From Oligoflexales bacterium (GTDB lineage: Bacteria > Bdellovibrionota_B > Oligoflexia > Oligoflexales > Bog-1112), in contig JBGCDR010000225.1 in NCBI GenBank assembly GCA_045105515.1, forward strand, positions 1 through 10,052: a DNA stretch of 10,052 nt. Direction: 5' to 3'. The notes under the pieces were generated by a model that searched no databases, had not been told where the DNA came from, and worked only from the letters and a program-made list of their open reading frames with translations. Of the stretch, positions 7,974-10,052 are shown one piece after another; position 1 is the first letter of the stretch, and each line of letters starts with the position of its first letter. A program made the position numbers and the translations under genes.

Positions 7974-8369
7974 TTACTTGAAGTCGCAGGCGTGTGAGTC
8001 ACAGGTTTTTTTGCGTGGAAGGTATGGGCGAACCCTTACGAAAATGTGATACCCCAAGTCAAAAAAGCGTCTTCCTACTGAATTTTCCGCTAGCATCTTT
8101 AGGGGAGAAAAAATTTCTAGCTCGGTCCAGATTTCAATGAAAGAATCGACACCTGTCAGTATTTCTCCATCCGAAGACTTAATGTGAAGGTACTTTTGCA
8201 CTAGTTTTGGATCTAAACCTTCCGATTCGGCTGAGAACTGGGGGTGAGAAATATCAATTAATTGTAGGCGGTTGTTTTTATCCCATTTGGAATATGCCTC
8301 GATCTCTGATGCACAGACAATGCATAGTCCGTCATAGTAAATCCTAAGTTTATTCTTTAATTCATTCAT
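7974..8369 (-). CDS. DUF393/DCC1-like thiol-disulfide oxidoreductase
   Basis: N-terminal IYYDGLCIVC (DxxCxxC), LQLIDI, LHIKSSDGEILTGVDSFIEIW, and a C-terminal CDSHAC. AGGA RBS. Confidence 0.92.
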   Translation of the reverse strand: MNELKNKLRIYYDGLCIVCASEIEAYSKWDKNNRLQLIDISHPQFSAESEGLDPKLVQKYLHIKSSDGEILTGVDSFIEIWTELEIFSPLKMLAENSVGRRFFDLGYHIFVRVRPYLPRKKTCDSHACDFK

Positions 8370-8602
8370 GTTATGTCCTGTATTTGATTAATTGTTGAAT
8401 CGATGGTACTCAAAACAATCAACCTCTCTTCCAACTGCATCAGTAAGGTATTACGCAGGCAATCCAACTAAAGTTGGCCAATGCTGCGAGAATAAGTGAT
8501 TTTCAGTGCATTGTGGAAGGTAGCAAAGCTAGAGCTAATGACCAGTGGAAACTACAATATTATCAGCATTATAGAGACAAACGGCCTAGTAATAGTAGTT
8601 GC

Positions 8603-9900
8603 TCAAGGGTTTGGATAACATTCGCCATCTGCACATATTATTCCATGGGCATGAAAAGGAATCACAAAATCTAGTGGTATTGAGTCCAATGTACCCAAGG
8701 TTTTACTATCTAGAAAATCTACAAAACTCTTGTCCAGCATTTGGTCGTAGACAATTGTTATTAGCACTCCTGTCTCTTGATTTGGAGTAGGAATAAAATC
8801 AGCTTCACTCACAAACTGATATTTTGGGTAATTTTTTTCGGCCACAATTTGCGCAGAAGCCACATCTACCTTAATGATCGAATCAAACCACCTCGAGGAA
8901 GTTGATTGAGGGGATATTGCGTAAAACTCTTTGTAACGAGGAGGTCCTTGAGTTTTTAGCCTAGGATCATATGTTGGATAATCGAAGTAGCGTTTTACAT
9001 TCAGTAAATCTGAACAGTGAACCTTTTTCTCTTTTGTTTTGATAATACACCTTTGAGGTGGTTTAAATAAATTTTCCCAATCAGTTATCATCCTATCCGT
9101 GTTATGCCTAAAGTACTGGAACAGATAGTCATGGGTTGAAGCAACACTATCTACGATAATATCTTCCTTCGACTGATAACAATTCCAGAAATGATTATTT
9201 ACAAATGATAGATTACTTTCTGATAAAAACGATTCATTGGTTTTACGATCAAGCACCATCCATAAATTATCTTCCTTTTGGCGTGAAGTTGTTAAAACCC
9301 CATTCACGTTTGGATTCCAGGAAAAATGCCCTTCGAAACTATCCAATTTTATGACCATATAGTCTTTCGTTAAACAAGGTGAATGACTGTGCGGAATCAT
9401 TTTTTTTCTGATAGACTAGTGCGGGCAATCTCCTTAGTTTTCATATCACCTGAACTTGTAACGAGCTCACTTACACAAGCTTGATCTGACAATATTTCTT
9501 TCTTGCAAGGATGCTCTACGTAACACTTCTTTGCTACAGGATCGCATGCGGGATGTGCGTTCAATACTAGGCTATCTACCTTGACTGAGTTTTCAATTGT
9601 GCTTAGATTTCCTGGATCAATTCGTCCCCATGATGATGTGTCTAGAGTGAGCCATAATTGATTATCTATCGGTAACAAATTCACAACAGGATTCTCGAAA
9701 CAGGGTCGAATACCGAAAGTAGGTCATGTACCACTTGCGAAAAAGATACATTGATCAAATGTTCTTGCAGCTTGGCTCATAAATCTAGAAACAGTATAAG
9801 AAATTGCTCCATCCTTGATTTGAAGCTTTAAAACTGATGCTAAGCCATCAAAATGGTATCCAATCTTACCGGATCAAAACTTCCCGGAAGCAATCGATAA
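8603..9900 (-). pseudogene. Carotenoid cleavage oxygenase (RPE65/CCO family), disrupted as sequenced; 5' end unresolved
   Basis: Reconstructed order: YRLLPGSFDP, frameshift at about 9870, GKIGYHFDGLASVLKLQIKDGAISYTVSRF...SGT, in-frame TGA at 9726-9724, PTFG...NPVVNL...NAHPACDP...SEKK, frameshift in the A8 run 9407-9400, MIPHSHS...NNHFWN...FDYP...VSEADF...IPFHAHG. All four iron-ligand His motifs are present. Confidence 0.85.
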
Positions 9901-9921
9901 TGCTCGATAACATCGAGCATT
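9899..9921. repeat. Perfect 10-bp inverted repeat AATGCTCGAT-aac-ATCGAGCATT
   Basis: Read directly from the sequence. It sits where recognisable CCO similarity ends. Function unknown. Confidence 0.6.
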
Positions 9922-10052
9922 GACCGAAATGCTTTTATTTCTTAATTGAGTCAGTATAACTACTTGTTTAAATTTTCCGACACATCAGTTAATTCAACTA
10001 TTTCGTACTAATTTATTTTTGTCCTATCAAGGCCAACTTGATGCTTTATAAA

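Noticed and set aside
8474..8790. ORFs 8474..8674 and 8599..8790
   Set aside because: They are antisense to the CCO 3' end and have no protein features.
9724..9726. TGA recoding (Gly, Trp or Sec) to explain the in-frame stop in the CCO gene
   Set aside because: The 742-aa dikinase and other intact genes contain no in-frame TGA, and TGA ends nei, the lipocalin (TGATGA) and the CCO at expected C-termini.
1..10052. CRISPR array, tRNA/rRNA, IS element or anti-phage system
   Set aside because: No spaced direct repeats, RNA gene signatures, transposase or defence domains were recognised by eye. A covariance-model search would be needed to exclude small ncRNAs.

Overview
Bacterial accessory region with a mosaic base composition (by eye: AT-rich ends, a GC-richer block at about 2576-5100). 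Contents in order: the 3' end of endonuclease VIII (nei); a probable ~246-aa hypothetical split by a frameshift; a His-rich membrane protein; a 154-aa hypothetical with a possible coupled upstream ORF; an alpha/beta hydrolase coupled to a membrane-domain/peroxiredoxin-like (PRXL2/SelL-related) fusion with CxxT; a lipoprotein lipocalin; a coupled pair of a PNPOx-like split-barrel protein and a rifampin-phosphotransferase-architecture dikinase; a DUF393 thiol-disulfide protein; and a Cys-rich, divergent carotenoid cleavage oxygenase (RPE65/CCO family) with several disruptions. Most functions converge on oxidative or photo-oxidative membrane stress and lipophilic small-molecule modification (inference). 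Several genes are broken by apparent single-base deletions in short homopolymers, which suggests sequencing error more than true decay. No rRNA, tRNA, CRISPR array or IS element was seen.
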